Of a DNA stretch of 25,914 nt, positions 1-8,897 are shown in pieces. How positions within the stretch are numbered: the first letter of the stretch is position 1; every line of letters begins with the position of its first letter. A program made the position numbers and the translations under genes. The stretch is from contig JAFADQ010000358.1 in NCBI GenBank assembly GCA_023424725.1, positions 1-25,914 of the forward strand, given 5' to 3'. Source of the stretch: Bacteroidota bacterium (lineage in GTDB: Bacteria; Bacteroidota; Bacteroidia; Cytophagales; Hymenobacteraceae). The notes beneath the pieces were generated by a model. The model saw only the letters and a list, made by a program, of their open reading frames with translations, had not been told where the DNA came from and did no database searches.

Positions 1-82
1 GCTCTGTTGCAGTAAAAATTGGCCGCCCCAGCCTGTTGCCGTTATTTTATTATGAGCAAGTTGCGTAATCATACGCCATTCT

Positions 83-247
83 TGTAGCGCTGCTCTCCAG
101 AGCGGCGTTTTCTTTTGCCGCCCACTGTAACTGGCGCGAGAGTTAAGCGAAGCGGCTCTTGTGCTTTTGTACTTTTCGACAGTCTCTGGACTGGCGTAAT
201 TAAACCTTATTCATTTATTATACGCCGCTCTGGAGAGCAGCGCTACA
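83..247. repeat. GTAG-type REP doublet (REPIN-like): perfect 26-bp inverted repeat
   Basis: TGTAGCGCTGCTCTCCAGAGCGGCGT (83-108) is the exact reverse complement of 222-247. Each arm is GTAG followed by an internal hairpin (CGCTGCTCT-CC-AGAGCGGCG). Confidence 0.8.
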
Positions 248-370
248 GGGCAGAATCTGAAATCAATCCGGAAAGGCAGCAACAGTTGCCAAAACCTTGT
301 CTTTATCTGCAGCAACTTCTGTCTATAATTCTATAACTGCTTATATTGCAGTTGCATCCAGACATTTTTT

Positions 371-2311
371 ATGAGGCAATCATTACTAATATCCTTTGCT
401 GCGCTTCTGCTTTCGGGCGCTGCGGTGGCACAAACAAACCAGCACGACCATACCAATTGCAGTAAGCGCAGTGCTGCGGAGGCCAAAATGCGGGCCATGC
501 CAAACCAACTTACGGCCGGCACCAATTACGATCTTAAGTACCACCGGCTTAGCTGGGTTGTAGACCCTAACGTGCGCTATATTGCCGGCGAAGTAACGTC
601 TTATCTGGTACCGGTAGAGCCCAATGTAAGCACCATTAGTTTCGATCTGAGCAATGCCCTAACAGTAGATTCGGTGCATTACCACGGCGCTCCGGCTATG
701 TTTCAGCAAACAGCCAGCGAGCTGCAAATAACTTTCGCGCAGCCATTAACACAAGGCCAGTTAGATTCTGTGTCGGTGTGGTACCAGGGCGTGCCGCCGC
801 AAACCGGCCTGGGCTCTTTTATGCGCGCCAACCACAGCAGCGGCCCAATTATCTGGACGCTATCAGACCCCTGGGGCGGCAAAGACTGGTGGCCCGGCAA
901 AATGACGATAGACGATAAAATAGACTCTACCGACATCTACATAACCACCCCGCAAGCTTACAAAGCCGGCTCTAACGGTAAACTTATTTCGGTGCAAACT
1001 TCGGGCGCTAACCATATATATTACTGGAAGCACCGCTACCCAATTACCTCTTATTTAATTGCCATTGCCGTTAGCAATTACGAAGAGCTTACCTTAACGG
1101 CGCAGCTTTCGCAGGGGCCTCTCGATATCGTAAATTATATTTATCCGCAAACATTTGCCGTGGCGCAAACCCAAATTCCGGCCACGGTGCCTATAATGCA
1201 GCTTTACGATACGCTTTTTACGCCTTACCCTTTTATGGGCGAAAAATACGGGCACGCGCAGTTTGGCTGGGGCGGCGGCATGGAGCACCAAACTATGAGC
1301 TTTATGGCCAACTTTAGCCGCGACCTGATAGCGCACGAACTTGCGCACCAGTGGTTTGGCAACAAAGTTACGTTTGGCCGCTGGCACGACATCTGGCTAA
1401 GCGAAGGCTGGGCAACGTACCTTACCGGCCTGGCTTACGAAAACATGAACACGCCGCAACAATGGCTGCAATGGAAATCGGGGCAAATAGGCATTATAAC
1501 CGGCTCGCCCGGAGGTTCTGTTTTTGTGGACGACACTACCGATATAAACCGCATTTTTAACAGCCGGCTTACCTACACTAAAGGCTCTATGGTGCTGCAC
1601 ATGCTTCGCTGGGTGGTTGGCGATTCTGCTTTTTTCGCGGCCACGCGTAATTACCTTAACGACCCTGCATTGGCTTACAATTACGCCGTTACCGCCAATT
1701 TTAAGCAGCACATGGAGGCAGCCAGCGGTAAAGACTTAACAGAGTTTTTCGCCGATTGGTACTACGGCCAGGGCTACCCGCGCTACCAGGCCGAGTGGGG
1801 CTACAACGCAACTTCCGGCGCAGTAGAAATTACGTTAAACCAAACCCAATCGCACCCGTCGGTTAGTTTTTTCGAGATGCCGGTGCCTGTTCAGTTTTCT
1901 GATGGAACCACAGATACGGTACTTGTATTCAACCACACCTCATCAGGACAAACGTTTACCGCGCCCATCAATTTTGTTCCTGCTTCTGCCACTATAGACC
2001 CCGAAAGATGGATCGTGCAGCGCAATTCTACCATTGTTTCCGGAAACGAAACCGACTTGCCCGAAGCCAAGATAAAAGTTTACCCAAACCCAGCGCACGA
2101 TAAAGTAAAAATAGCGGTAAATATGCCGTTGCGGCAGCCGGTAAAAGTTGGTTTGATGGATGCGCTTGGCCGCAGGATTTTGGCGCAAACTATTCCGGAA
2201 ACTAACGCCGAAAACTACGAGCTGGATATTGCCTCGTTACAGCCCGGAATTTACCACCTGCAGCTTACCGGCACCAATTGGGTGGTTACTAAAAAAGTGA
2301 TCAAAAATTAA
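371..2311 (+). CDS. Secreted M1-family zinc aminopeptidase with T9SS type A C-terminal sorting domain
   Basis: Signal peptide; GGMEH (GAMEN-like) motif; HELAH...WLSEG (HEXXH-x18-E); catalytic-Tyr region LTYTKG; C-terminal VYPNPA...GIYHLQL...KKVIKN. Confidence 0.93.
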   Translation: MRQSLLISFAALLLSGAAVAQTNQHDHTNCSKRSAAEAKMRAMPNQLTAGTNYDLKYHRLSWVVDPNVRYIAGEVTSYLVPVEPNVSTISFDLSNALTVDSVHYHGAPAMFQQTASELQITFAQPLTQGQLDSVSVWYQGVPPQTGLGSFMRANHSSGPIIWTLSDPWGGKDWWPGKMTIDDKIDSTDIYITTPQAYKAGSNGKLISVQTSGANHIYYWKHRYPITSYLIAIAVSNYEELTLTAQLSQGPLDIVNYIYPQTFAVAQTQIPATVPIMQLYDTLFTPYPFMGEKYGHAQFGWGGGMEHQTMSFMANFSRDLIAHELAHQWFGNKVTFGRWHDIWLSEGWATYLTGLAYENMNTPQQWLQWKSGQIGIITGSPGGSVFVDDTTDINRIFNSRLTYTKGSMVLHMLRWVVGDSAFFAATRNYLNDPALAYNYAVTANFKQHMEAASGKDLTEFFADWYYGQGYPRYQAEWGYNATSGAVEITLNQTQSHPSVSFFEMPVPVQFSDGTTDTVLVFNHTSSGQTFTAPINFVPASATIDPERWIVQRNSTIVSGNETDLPEAKIKVYPNPAHDKVKIAVNMPLRQPVKVGLMDALGRRILAQTIPETNAENYELDIASLQPGIYHLQLTGTNWVVTKKVIKN

Positions 2312-2344
2312 CTTCAGAAACACCGCTTATTCAGAAATGGGGTT

Positions 2345-2384
2345 AAAAAAACAACGCCCGGATTAAATGTCCGGGCGTTGTTTT
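2345..2384. terminator. Bidirectional intrinsic terminator between convergent genes
   Basis: AAAACAACGCCCGGA-ttaaatg-TCCGGGCGTTGTTTT, a 15-bp perfect stem including A/T tails. Confidence 0.85.
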
Positions 2385-2401
2385 GTATGGTAAAAGCTGG
2401 C

Positions 2402-2890
2402 TTACAGCAAACTTAAATTACTAAGCTCCTTTACCAGCAGGTTATCTACGGTGTGCATAATTCCGTTTCTGGAAGGCTGGTTGGGGTTAATAATACGGCG
2501 GCCGTTCAGCAGCACTTTATCTTTTTTCCGGAAAATCTTTATTGTTTGCTTGCCTATAGTGGTAAGCGTTCGGCCATCGTGCAGGTCGGCAGTAGTGTAG
2601 CTGCCTTCTACAATGTGGCCCATTAAAATTTCGCGGGTTGCCTCCGCCGATTTACCAGACAATTCCTTCAGTGCGGCATCAGAGGGCGCGAAGAAAGTAT
2701 ATGGCCCGGTGCCGGTTAGCAAAGGCATAAGGCCGGCTTTGTTAATGGCCTCGGCAAGTTTAGGGTTGTTTACAGATGCCTGGGCCAGAGTAAGGCCCGC
2801 CGAGGTTTTAGATTGCGCGTTAGCTACTGTGCCCCAACTCAGGAGCACCAGCAGTAAGGTTAAAGTAAAAGAATATATATAAGGTTTCAT
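2402..2890 (-). CDS. Fasciclin (FAS1) domain protein, secreted
   Basis: Signal peptide; GPYTFFAPSDAA (H1), ILMGHIV and NGIMHTVDNLL (H2) motifs. Confidence 0.92.
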   Translation of the reverse strand: MKPYIYSFTLTLLLVLLSWGTVANAQSKTSAGLTLAQASVNNPKLAEAINKAGLMPLLTGTGPYTFFAPSDAALKELSGKSAEATREILMGHIVEGSYTTADLHDGRTLTTIGKQTIKIFRKKDKVLLNGRRIINPNQPSRNGIMHTVDNLLVKELSNLSLL

Positions 2891-2969
2891 CTCGATTTCG
2901 GTTTAAGGGTGATATAGTCCTTATACGAAAAAGAGAGGCAAACCGCTGAGCTACAGTTTTACAAGCCTT

Positions 2970-3602
2970 TTAAAACAGATCGGTAATACGCCATTGCGAG
3001 AGTTGCTCGAAAAACTTCGGGATAGCTGCGGGCACCAGAAGTATGGTTACCAGCGCCCCAAAAATGGCTCCGGCAAAGTGCGCGTCGTGGCCAATGTTAT
3101 CGGTGCCGCGTTTGTTCTGCACATAGCTGTAAATTAGGTAGAGCGCCCCCAGAATAAAGCCCGGCAAACACAGCAAAAAGTACAGGCAAATATCCATTAC
3201 CGGGTTAAAGATGATAGACGAAAATATTACCGACGACACGCCGCCCGAAGCGCCCAACGCATTATAATGCGGGTTGTCTTTATGTTTCAGAAAGCCCGGA
3301 ATAGAACCGACAATTATTCCGCCAATGTAAATTAACAAGTACAGCGCAATGCCCGTGGTTTCGCCGTATTCTACCTGCATAATGTACTCTACCACCCGCC
3401 CGAAAAAGTACAGCGACAGCATATTAAACGCCAAATGCCCCAAACTACCGTGCAAAAACCCGCTGGTTAGCATACGGTAATACTGTCCGCGGTTCGCCTC
3501 CATGTACGGGTTGTGCATGTACTTATGCATAATATCCGTTTTATCGAACGAAAAGTATGAGATAATAACCGTAACGGCGATAATGATGATTGTAACGGAC
3601 AT
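2970..3602 (-). CDS. Rhomboid-family intramembrane serine protease
   Basis: YRMLTSGFLHGSLGHLAFNM, catalytic GASGG, HDAHFAG; about six hydrophobic helices. Confidence 0.93.
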   Translation of the reverse strand: MSVTIIIIAVTVIISYFSFDKTDIMHKYMHNPYMEANRGQYYRMLTSGFLHGSLGHLAFNMLSLYFFGRVVEYIMQVEYGETTGIALYLLIYIGGIIVGSIPGFLKHKDNPHYNALGASGGVSSVIFSSIIFNPVMDICLYFLLCLPGFILGALYLIYSYVQNKRGTDNIGHDAHFAGAIFGALVTILLVPAAIPKFFEQLSQWRITDLF

Positions 3603-3641
3603 GTGTTGATGTGTAGATGTTAGATGTGCAAATGTGCGGAT
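3601..3641. repeat. Degenerate 7-8 bp tandem repeat (ATGTGnnR, about 5 units)
   Basis: ATGTGTTG ATGTGTAG ATGTTAG ATGTGCAA ATGTGCGG AT, abutting and overlapping the rhomboid start codon. Confidence 0.7.
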
Positions 3642-3675
3642 TATTATTGGCAGTTAATCTACAGCACCGGGCTAT

Positions 3676-3773
3676 GTAGGGGCAAATTGCATTCGCCCAT
3701 TTGGTTGGCTAACATTGGGCCAGATGTAAACTAATACGGTGTTTTAAACAGGGCGAATGCAATTCGGCCCTAC
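3676..3773. repeat. GTAG-type REP doublet (second family)
   Basis: GTAGGGGCAAATTGCATTCGCCC (3676-3698) and an inverted copy at 3751-3773 (reverse complement GTAGGGCCGAATTGCATTCGCCC), 21/23 identical. Each is GTAG plus a hairpin. Confidence 0.8.
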
Positions 3774-3775
3774 GG

Positions 3776-4741
3776 TTACACTTCCCGGCTCATTAAATCT
3801 TCGGCGAAGCTGCGGAGCTGTGCTTTTTTGGCTTCATTGGCATCTACGGCGTCCAGGGCTTCCAGAGCGCGGTTAAAGTACTCGTCCATTTTTGCGCGCG
3901 ATATTTTTTCTACCCCAATGGCATCGTAAATGGCCGTTACAGCCTGCACCTTTTCTTCGGGGTTTCTGGGTTGGGTTTGCAGCCAGTGCAGAAGTTGTTT
4001 GCGCTGTTCGGGGTTGGCTTTCTCCAGGGCTGTGAGCAGCAAAAACGTCTTCTTGTTAGCCAGAATATCGCCGCCCACCTGCTTACCGAACTTCTCTTTA
4101 TCGGCGTATACATCCAGCATATCGTCTTTTAGCTGAAACGCTATGCCGATGTCGGTGGCGAATTCGCGCAGCAAATCTGCCTGTGCGTTGTTAGCGCCGC
4201 CAATTACCGCGCCCAGTTGCAGGGCAAACCCCACGAGCACAGCCGTTTTAAGGCGTATCATGGTAAGGTATTCGCAAATGCTAACCGTATCGCTGGTTTC
4301 GAAATTCATGTCGTATTGCTGGCCTTCGCACACTTCGGCGGCGCATTTGGTAAACAGTTGCAGCACTTTGCGCAGGTGTGCGTCGTCTACCTGCATCATC
4401 AGCTCAAAGGCTTTCACCAGCATTACATCGCCGCTTAAAATGGCAATGGTAGGGTTCCATTTATGGTGCACGGTTTCCTGGCCGCGGCGCAAGGGGGCCT
4501 GGTCCATAATATCGTCGTGCATTAAAGTAAAGTTATGGAACACCTCTACGCCCAGCGCGGGTTTAAGGGCTTTGCGGGGGTCGGCGCCAAACAAATCGGC
4601 CCCAACCAAAGTAAGCAACGGGCGAAGGCGCTTGCCTCCAAGGCCCATCATATAATGCAGCGGGTCGTAGAGCTGGGTTGGTTCGGGCCCGAAACGGAGC
4701 TGTTGTAATTCTGTTTGAAGAAGCTGCAGGAGCTGGTTCAT
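3776..4741 (-). CDS. Short-chain polyprenyl diphosphate synthase (FPP/GGPP synthase-like)
   Basis: GGKRLRP, FARM HNFTLMHDDIMD..LRRG, GQQYD, KTA, SARM FQLKDDMLD. Phe five residues before the FARM suggests a short-chain product. Start placed at ATG 4741 (MNQLL) rather than 4813. Confidence 0.93.
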   Translation of the reverse strand: MNQLLQLLQTELQQLRFGPEPTQLYDPLHYMMGLGGKRLRPLLTLVGADLFGADPRKALKPALGVEVFHNFTLMHDDIMDQAPLRRGQETVHHKWNPTIAILSGDVMLVKAFELMMQVDDAHLRKVLQLFTKCAAEVCEGQQYDMNFETSDTVSICEYLTMIRLKTAVLVGFALQLGAVIGGANNAQADLLREFATDIGIAFQLKDDMLDVYADKEKFGKQVGGDILANKKTFLLLTALEKANPEQRKQLLHWLQTQPRNPEEKVQAVTAIYDAIGVEKISRAKMDEYFNRALEALDAVDANEAKKAQLRSFAEDLMSREV

Positions 4742-4932
4742 GAACTGGCAATTGGTTTGGCGGCACGAAGTTGCGACACTATATCGGCATGGGCAAACTT
4801 CTGTACCAATCAATACAGAGTTTAGGCGGTTTTGTTTTGAGATAAAGCGGATTCGGTATAAGGAAATAAGCTGCGAAGGGCAAAAACAGGGGCGCCGGAG
4901 CCTAATAACCCGCCAAAGCAGGCCACAAACAG

Positions 4933-5679
4933 CTACAATAACCTATGAGATTGCAAAAGCCGCAAAACCGATTCGCGGTAAGTGCTCCCAATAGGCAGAA
5001 TGAAATCTTTTACGTGCACTCTGTTGCCTTCTATTGCCGAAACGTGCCGCAGATTTACGATGTACGATTTATTGATGCGCACAAAATTTTGCCCCTGCCC
5101 GGTTAGCTGCTCTTCCATTTTATTTAAGGTGCCGTGCACAATTATTCCGGCCTGCTCCGTCCGGATGCGCATGTAATCTTTCAGCCCTTCCACAAAGCAA
5201 ATGTCCGGAATATCTATCTTCACCAGCTTTCCTTCCGACTTCACAAACAAAATATTTCCCGCAGAAATGGGCGCGCCCGCAGCCATTTCTGGAGCGCTCT
5301 CGTTAGTGGCATTTCTTTGCCCTATCATTGCGGTGGCTTTATTTATTGCTTTCAGAAACCGCCCGAACGGAATGGGCTTCAGCAGGTAATCTACCGCGTT
5401 AAGGTCGTAGCTTTCTATAGCAAAATCGGGGTAAGCGGTGGTAAAAATTACCAGCGGAGGCTTCGGGATGGTTTTCAGAAAATCGATGCCGCTCATCTCG
5501 GGCATGTTTATATCCAGCAACAGCAGATCTACGCTTTCCTTAGAAAGTAAGGCAAAGGCCTCCAGCGCGTTTTTGCCACGGCCCACCAAATGCAGCGAAT
5601 CGATTCTGGCGATGTAAGCCGCCAAAATATCCTGCGCGATGGGCTCGTCCTCAACAATTAAAACGTTTATTTTCTCCAT
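4933..5679 (-). CDS. LytTR-family response regulator
   Basis: Receiver IVEDE...LLDINMP...FTTAY...DYLLKP; LytTR domain I.FVEGLKDY...FVRINKSYIVN...LPIGSTYR. Confidence 0.95.
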   Translation of the reverse strand: MEKINVLIVEDEPIAQDILAAYIARIDSLHLVGRGKNALEAFALLSKESVDLLLLDINMPEMSGIDFLKTIPKPPLVIFTTAYPDFAIESYDLNAVDYLLKPIPFGRFLKAINKATAMIGQRNATNESAPEMAAGAPISAGNILFVKSEGKLVKIDIPDICFVEGLKDYMRIRTEQAGIIVHGTLNKMEEQLTGQGQNFVRINKSYIVNLRHVSAIEGNRVHVKDFILPIGSTYRESVLRLLQSHRLL

Positions 5680-6756
5680 TTACGCAAGCCTTACTTCTGT
5701 TGAGATAGAATAGAATTCCCGGTCGCGGGTAATTTTCATCGTATACCGGCCCGGATACAATAACTCCAGCCGCTTCTTCAGATTTTCTAAACCGATACCG
5801 CCTTCTTTTACGCCATTCTCTGTTCTAAACCTGTTTTTAGAATCGATACGAATACAGTTGTTTTCGATTGCAAAACGAAAATCGATGAATAGCTTCTTAA
5901 CCGATATTCGGGTGCCGTGTTTAAATATATTTTCCAGCACGGGCAGCCAGAGCAGGGGCGGGATCAGGCAAGGCCGGTCGGCTGTAATGGTGAAGCTAAA
6001 ATCGCTTGTATCGTCCAGCCGCAGCAGCTCCAGATCTATTTATGCCTGCATGGCTTCTTTCTCTTTTTGGAAAGAGATCAGCTCCGCATTAGACTGGTAC
6101 AGCATATACCGCAGCAACCCCGATAACTTTAGAATTACCTCCGGAGCAGCATCCGATTTGGCGATAGAAAGCCCATATAAGTTATTTAACGTGTTAAACA
6201 AAAAGTGCGGGTTTAGCTGATTGCGTAGGAAAGCAAGCTCCGTTTCGGTTTGCTTTTTGGCCAGTTGCTCCGCTCTTTTTTTCTGCTTTGCGTTATCGTG
6301 CCAGAACCATAACGCCGTGAAAACAAATACCAGAAGCAGAAAAGCAAAAAAGAAAACGGGCACTTCGTAAAGCCAGGTATCAGCATCCCATTTTGCCGAT
6401 ACCGGCGTTGTAATTAAGCTAATCTGGTAAATATCTATAGCCGGGAAATGCTGCACTACCTGTTTCTGAACAGCCGTGTATAGCAGCGCTATCAGAAAGG
6501 TAAACGGAACACTAATCGCTACATAGATCTTTCGTTTTTTTCTGGCTAAAAACCTGGGTATTAACCACAGATTATTGGTGTACAGCAACAAGACTAAAAG
6601 CAGCAGATTTACAATAATAAACAACAGGTAATACCCAAACTGGTAATGTTGCCTATGGTTAATGTTATCTACCTGAAAGAGCAATACCCCGAGCCAGAAA
6701 TAAATGTTAAGGGCAACTCTGCTTTTCAGCAAGGAAAAGATGTTTCCGGCGCGCAT
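5680..6756 (-). pseudogene. LytS/YehU-type sensor histidine kinase interrupted by one in-frame TAA at 6040-6042
   Basis: Four TM segments and an H-box ELAFLRNQLNPHFLFNTLNNLY. The frame reads EKEAMQA*IDLELLRL...IPPLLWLPVLENIFKHG...GGIGLENLKKRLELLYP. ORFs 6040..6756 and 5680..5940 are in the same frame. Confidence 0.85.
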
Positions 6757-6814
6757 TTGGTTAAAATATAATTTCCGGCAGTTTAAAAACAGACAAGTTA
6801 AAATGCCAATCTAC

Positions 6815-6889
6815 TCGACAAAATAGTGCAAATCTTCGACAAAAGAATAAACTGCCGGTTAGTAGAAAGAATGAATAGCTTAGTCGAAA
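6815..6889. promoter_or_regulatory. Two oppositely oriented pairs of 21-bp-period direct repeats; putative LytTR binding sites
   Basis: TCGACAAAA at 6815 and 6836; TTAGTAGAAA at 6859 and TTAGTCGAAA at 6880. Shared core TTWGTCGA on opposite strands. Confidence 0.7.
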
Positions 6890-6954
6890 AGAATTTGGGC
6901 AGATAAATTCTGGAGCTTGCTTTGGGAAAGTAATAAACTGCCAAAAGCTGATAT

Positions 6955-8430
6955 ATGAAAAATATTGCCCTGCTTGCCTTCCTGCTATTCGCGCTTTCTT
7001 TTACCTGCGAGGCCCAAAATAATGGCCACCACAGCAGAATGAGGGCCCTTACCACAATTGTAGAGGCTTACAACAACCAGGATTATGCTAAAATGCAGCA
7101 GCCGGTTATTTTATTAGGCAAGCTGTTGATTACCGGAAAAGCGCTTAAAAAGGAGTTCGGGCCCTATTATAAAAAGTACGGCAACGCCAGCATAGATACT
7201 GTTACCTACACCAACCAATATTCTTATACCGCACAGCTTTCGTTTGAGAAAGACCGCGGTAAAAGAGGGTTTCTTAATTTTCTGTTTACAGAAAAAGGAA
7301 AAGTAGCCGGTTTCGGTTTCGCGCAGCCAACCTTAATTTACCCCAAAGCTCAGGCGAGGAACAAAAGCAATTTTACGGCAGAAGAAATGGCTGCCAGAAT
7401 AGATTCAATTATCAGAAAAAACCACCTTAACCGCAAACAAAATAGCTTTAACGGTTGTGTGCTGGCGCTGGATAAGGGCGCCGAGATTTATAAAAACTGT
7501 TTCGGTTATGCAGATTTTGCCACAAAAACCCCGCTTAACGACAGTACCCTTTTCGATCTGGCCTCCTGCAGCAAGCAGTTTACCGCCATGGCCATTATGG
7601 TACTCGCGGAACAAGGAAAGCTGCAATTTACCGACACCTTGCAAAAGTACATTCCCGGGCTGCCTTACCCCAACATCACCATAGAAAACCTGCTCACGCA
7701 CACATCGGGTTTGCCCGATTATGAGCGCCTGATGAAAAAGCATTGGGACAAAAGTAAATTCGCTACTAACTACGATATCGTTCCGCTCTTCATCAAACAT
7801 AAAACCAAAACCAGCTTTAGCCCGAACCAGCAATTTAAGTACAGCAACACCGGCTACGCGCTTCTTTCTATAGTAATAGAAAAAGCATCCGGAATGAGCT
7901 ACGCGGAGTTTCTGGAGAAGCATATTTTCGCTCCTTTAGCTATGAACCATACCCGTGTTTATAACACCCGCCGAAGCCAAAAAGAGATAGTTAAAAATTG
8001 TGCTACGGGCTATGTTACCACTGCCAAAAGCACAAAGTATGTTGTGCCCGACAGTACATCAGAGTATAACTATGTTATTTTTATGGATGCCATTACCGGC
8101 GACGGCACTGTAAACAGCAGCCTTTCGGATCTTATAATTTGGGATAAAGCCCTAAGGGAAAATACTTTGGTAAGCGAAGCAACTCTGCAAAACGCACGCA
8201 CAAAACACAAGCTCGCCAGCGGAAAAGAAGGAGGCTACGGGTACGGTGTGTTGCTTAAAACAGGCAAAGGAATAGAGCCGGTTGTATACCACACCGGCGG
8301 CTGGCCGGGTTATTTCTCTGTCATCTTAAAATTTACAGAACAGGAAAAAACGGTGGTAGTGTTATCTAATAATTCTTACGACGATTTCTTGATCCTGGCA
8401 GATGAAATAGCGGCGGTTCTGATGGAATAA
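6955..8430 (+). CDS. Serine hydrolase, beta-lactamase/AmpC (S12)-like, with N-terminal extension
   Basis: Signal peptide; FDLASCSKQF (SxxK), LLTHTSGL, FKYSNTGY (YxN), YHTGGWPG. Confidence 0.92.
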   Translation: MKNIALLAFLLFALSFTCEAQNNGHHSRMRALTTIVEAYNNQDYAKMQQPVILLGKLLITGKALKKEFGPYYKKYGNASIDTVTYTNQYSYTAQLSFEKDRGKRGFLNFLFTEKGKVAGFGFAQPTLIYPKAQARNKSNFTAEEMAARIDSIIRKNHLNRKQNSFNGCVLALDKGAEIYKNCFGYADFATKTPLNDSTLFDLASCSKQFTAMAIMVLAEQGKLQFTDTLQKYIPGLPYPNITIENLLTHTSGLPDYERLMKKHWDKSKFATNYDIVPLFIKHKTKTSFSPNQQFKYSNTGYALLSIVIEKASGMSYAEFLEKHIFAPLAMNHTRVYNTRRSQKEIVKNCATGYVTTAKSTKYVVPDSTSEYNYVIFMDAITGDGTVNSSLSDLIIWDKALRENTLVSEATLQNARTKHKLASGKEGGYGYGVLLKTGKGIEPVVYHTGGWPGYFSVILKFTEQEKTVVVLSNNSYDDFLILADEIAAVLME

Positions 8431-8631
8431 AAAATGGGTATTTGCCGCGTAATAACAATGGGGCTATCTCTAATCTTATTTTTCCGTATTTGTTATTTTG
8501 ATGCTTTTATTTCGCGAGGCAATCAACAAGCCGTCTGTAGCAAACCGCAGGAGGCTGTAAGAAGCAAAAAGCGGTGCGGGAGAGGAGAAATCTTCACCGA
8601 AAAAAGTTAGTGAACATTATCGGAATCATAC

Positions 8632-8661
8632 TTGTATATACAAATAGTATATACTAATTTG
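8632..8661 (+). promoter_or_regulatory. Toxin-antitoxin promoter/operator with two tandem 12-bp palindromes
   Basis: TTGTATATACAA (8632-8643) and TAGTATATACTA (8645-8656) overlap a TTG-N20-TAATTTG Bacteroidota-type promoter pattern ending 5 nt before the ATG. Confidence 0.75.
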
Positions 8662-8666
8662 GTGTT

Positions 8667-8897
8667 ATGAAAAATCTTTCATTAAAGCTCGAAGACAAGG
8701 TTTTTACAGAAACCGAACAGATTCTGGGTAAGCTTAACAAAACACGCAACAGATATATAAACGAAGCGCTGGAGTATTATAATAAAGTACAAAAGCGAAA
8801 ACTTCTGGCGCAGCAACTTCAGAAAGAATCTAAGCTTGTGGCTGCAAGTTCTATGGATGTGCTGAAAGAATTAGAGCAACTAGACGATGAAATGTAA
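8667..8897 (+). CDS. Antitoxin, ribbon-helix-helix (CopG/MazE-EndoAI-like)
   Basis: 76 aa; N-terminal strand MKNLSLKL followed by TRNRYINEALEYY; acidic C-terminus; overlaps the toxin start. Confidence 0.82.
   Translation: MKNLSLKLEDKVFTETEQILGKLNKTRNRYINEALEYYNKVQKRKLLAQQLQKESKLVAASSMDVLKELEQLDDEM

Noticed and set aside
1..68. Possible 3' end of an upstream + strand gene (SVAVKIGRPSLLPLFYYEQVA*)
   Set aside because: Too short to support; no recognisable motif.
115..336. 73-aa ORF
   Set aside because: TTG start, runs through a REP arm, and has no protein-like features.
83..3773. REP palindromes as CRISPR repeats
   Set aside because: Copies are inverted pairs rather than direct repeats with spacers, and there are no cas genes.
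8458..8610. About 50-aa ORF upstream of the TA module
   Set aside because: No motif or supporting signals; likely chance.
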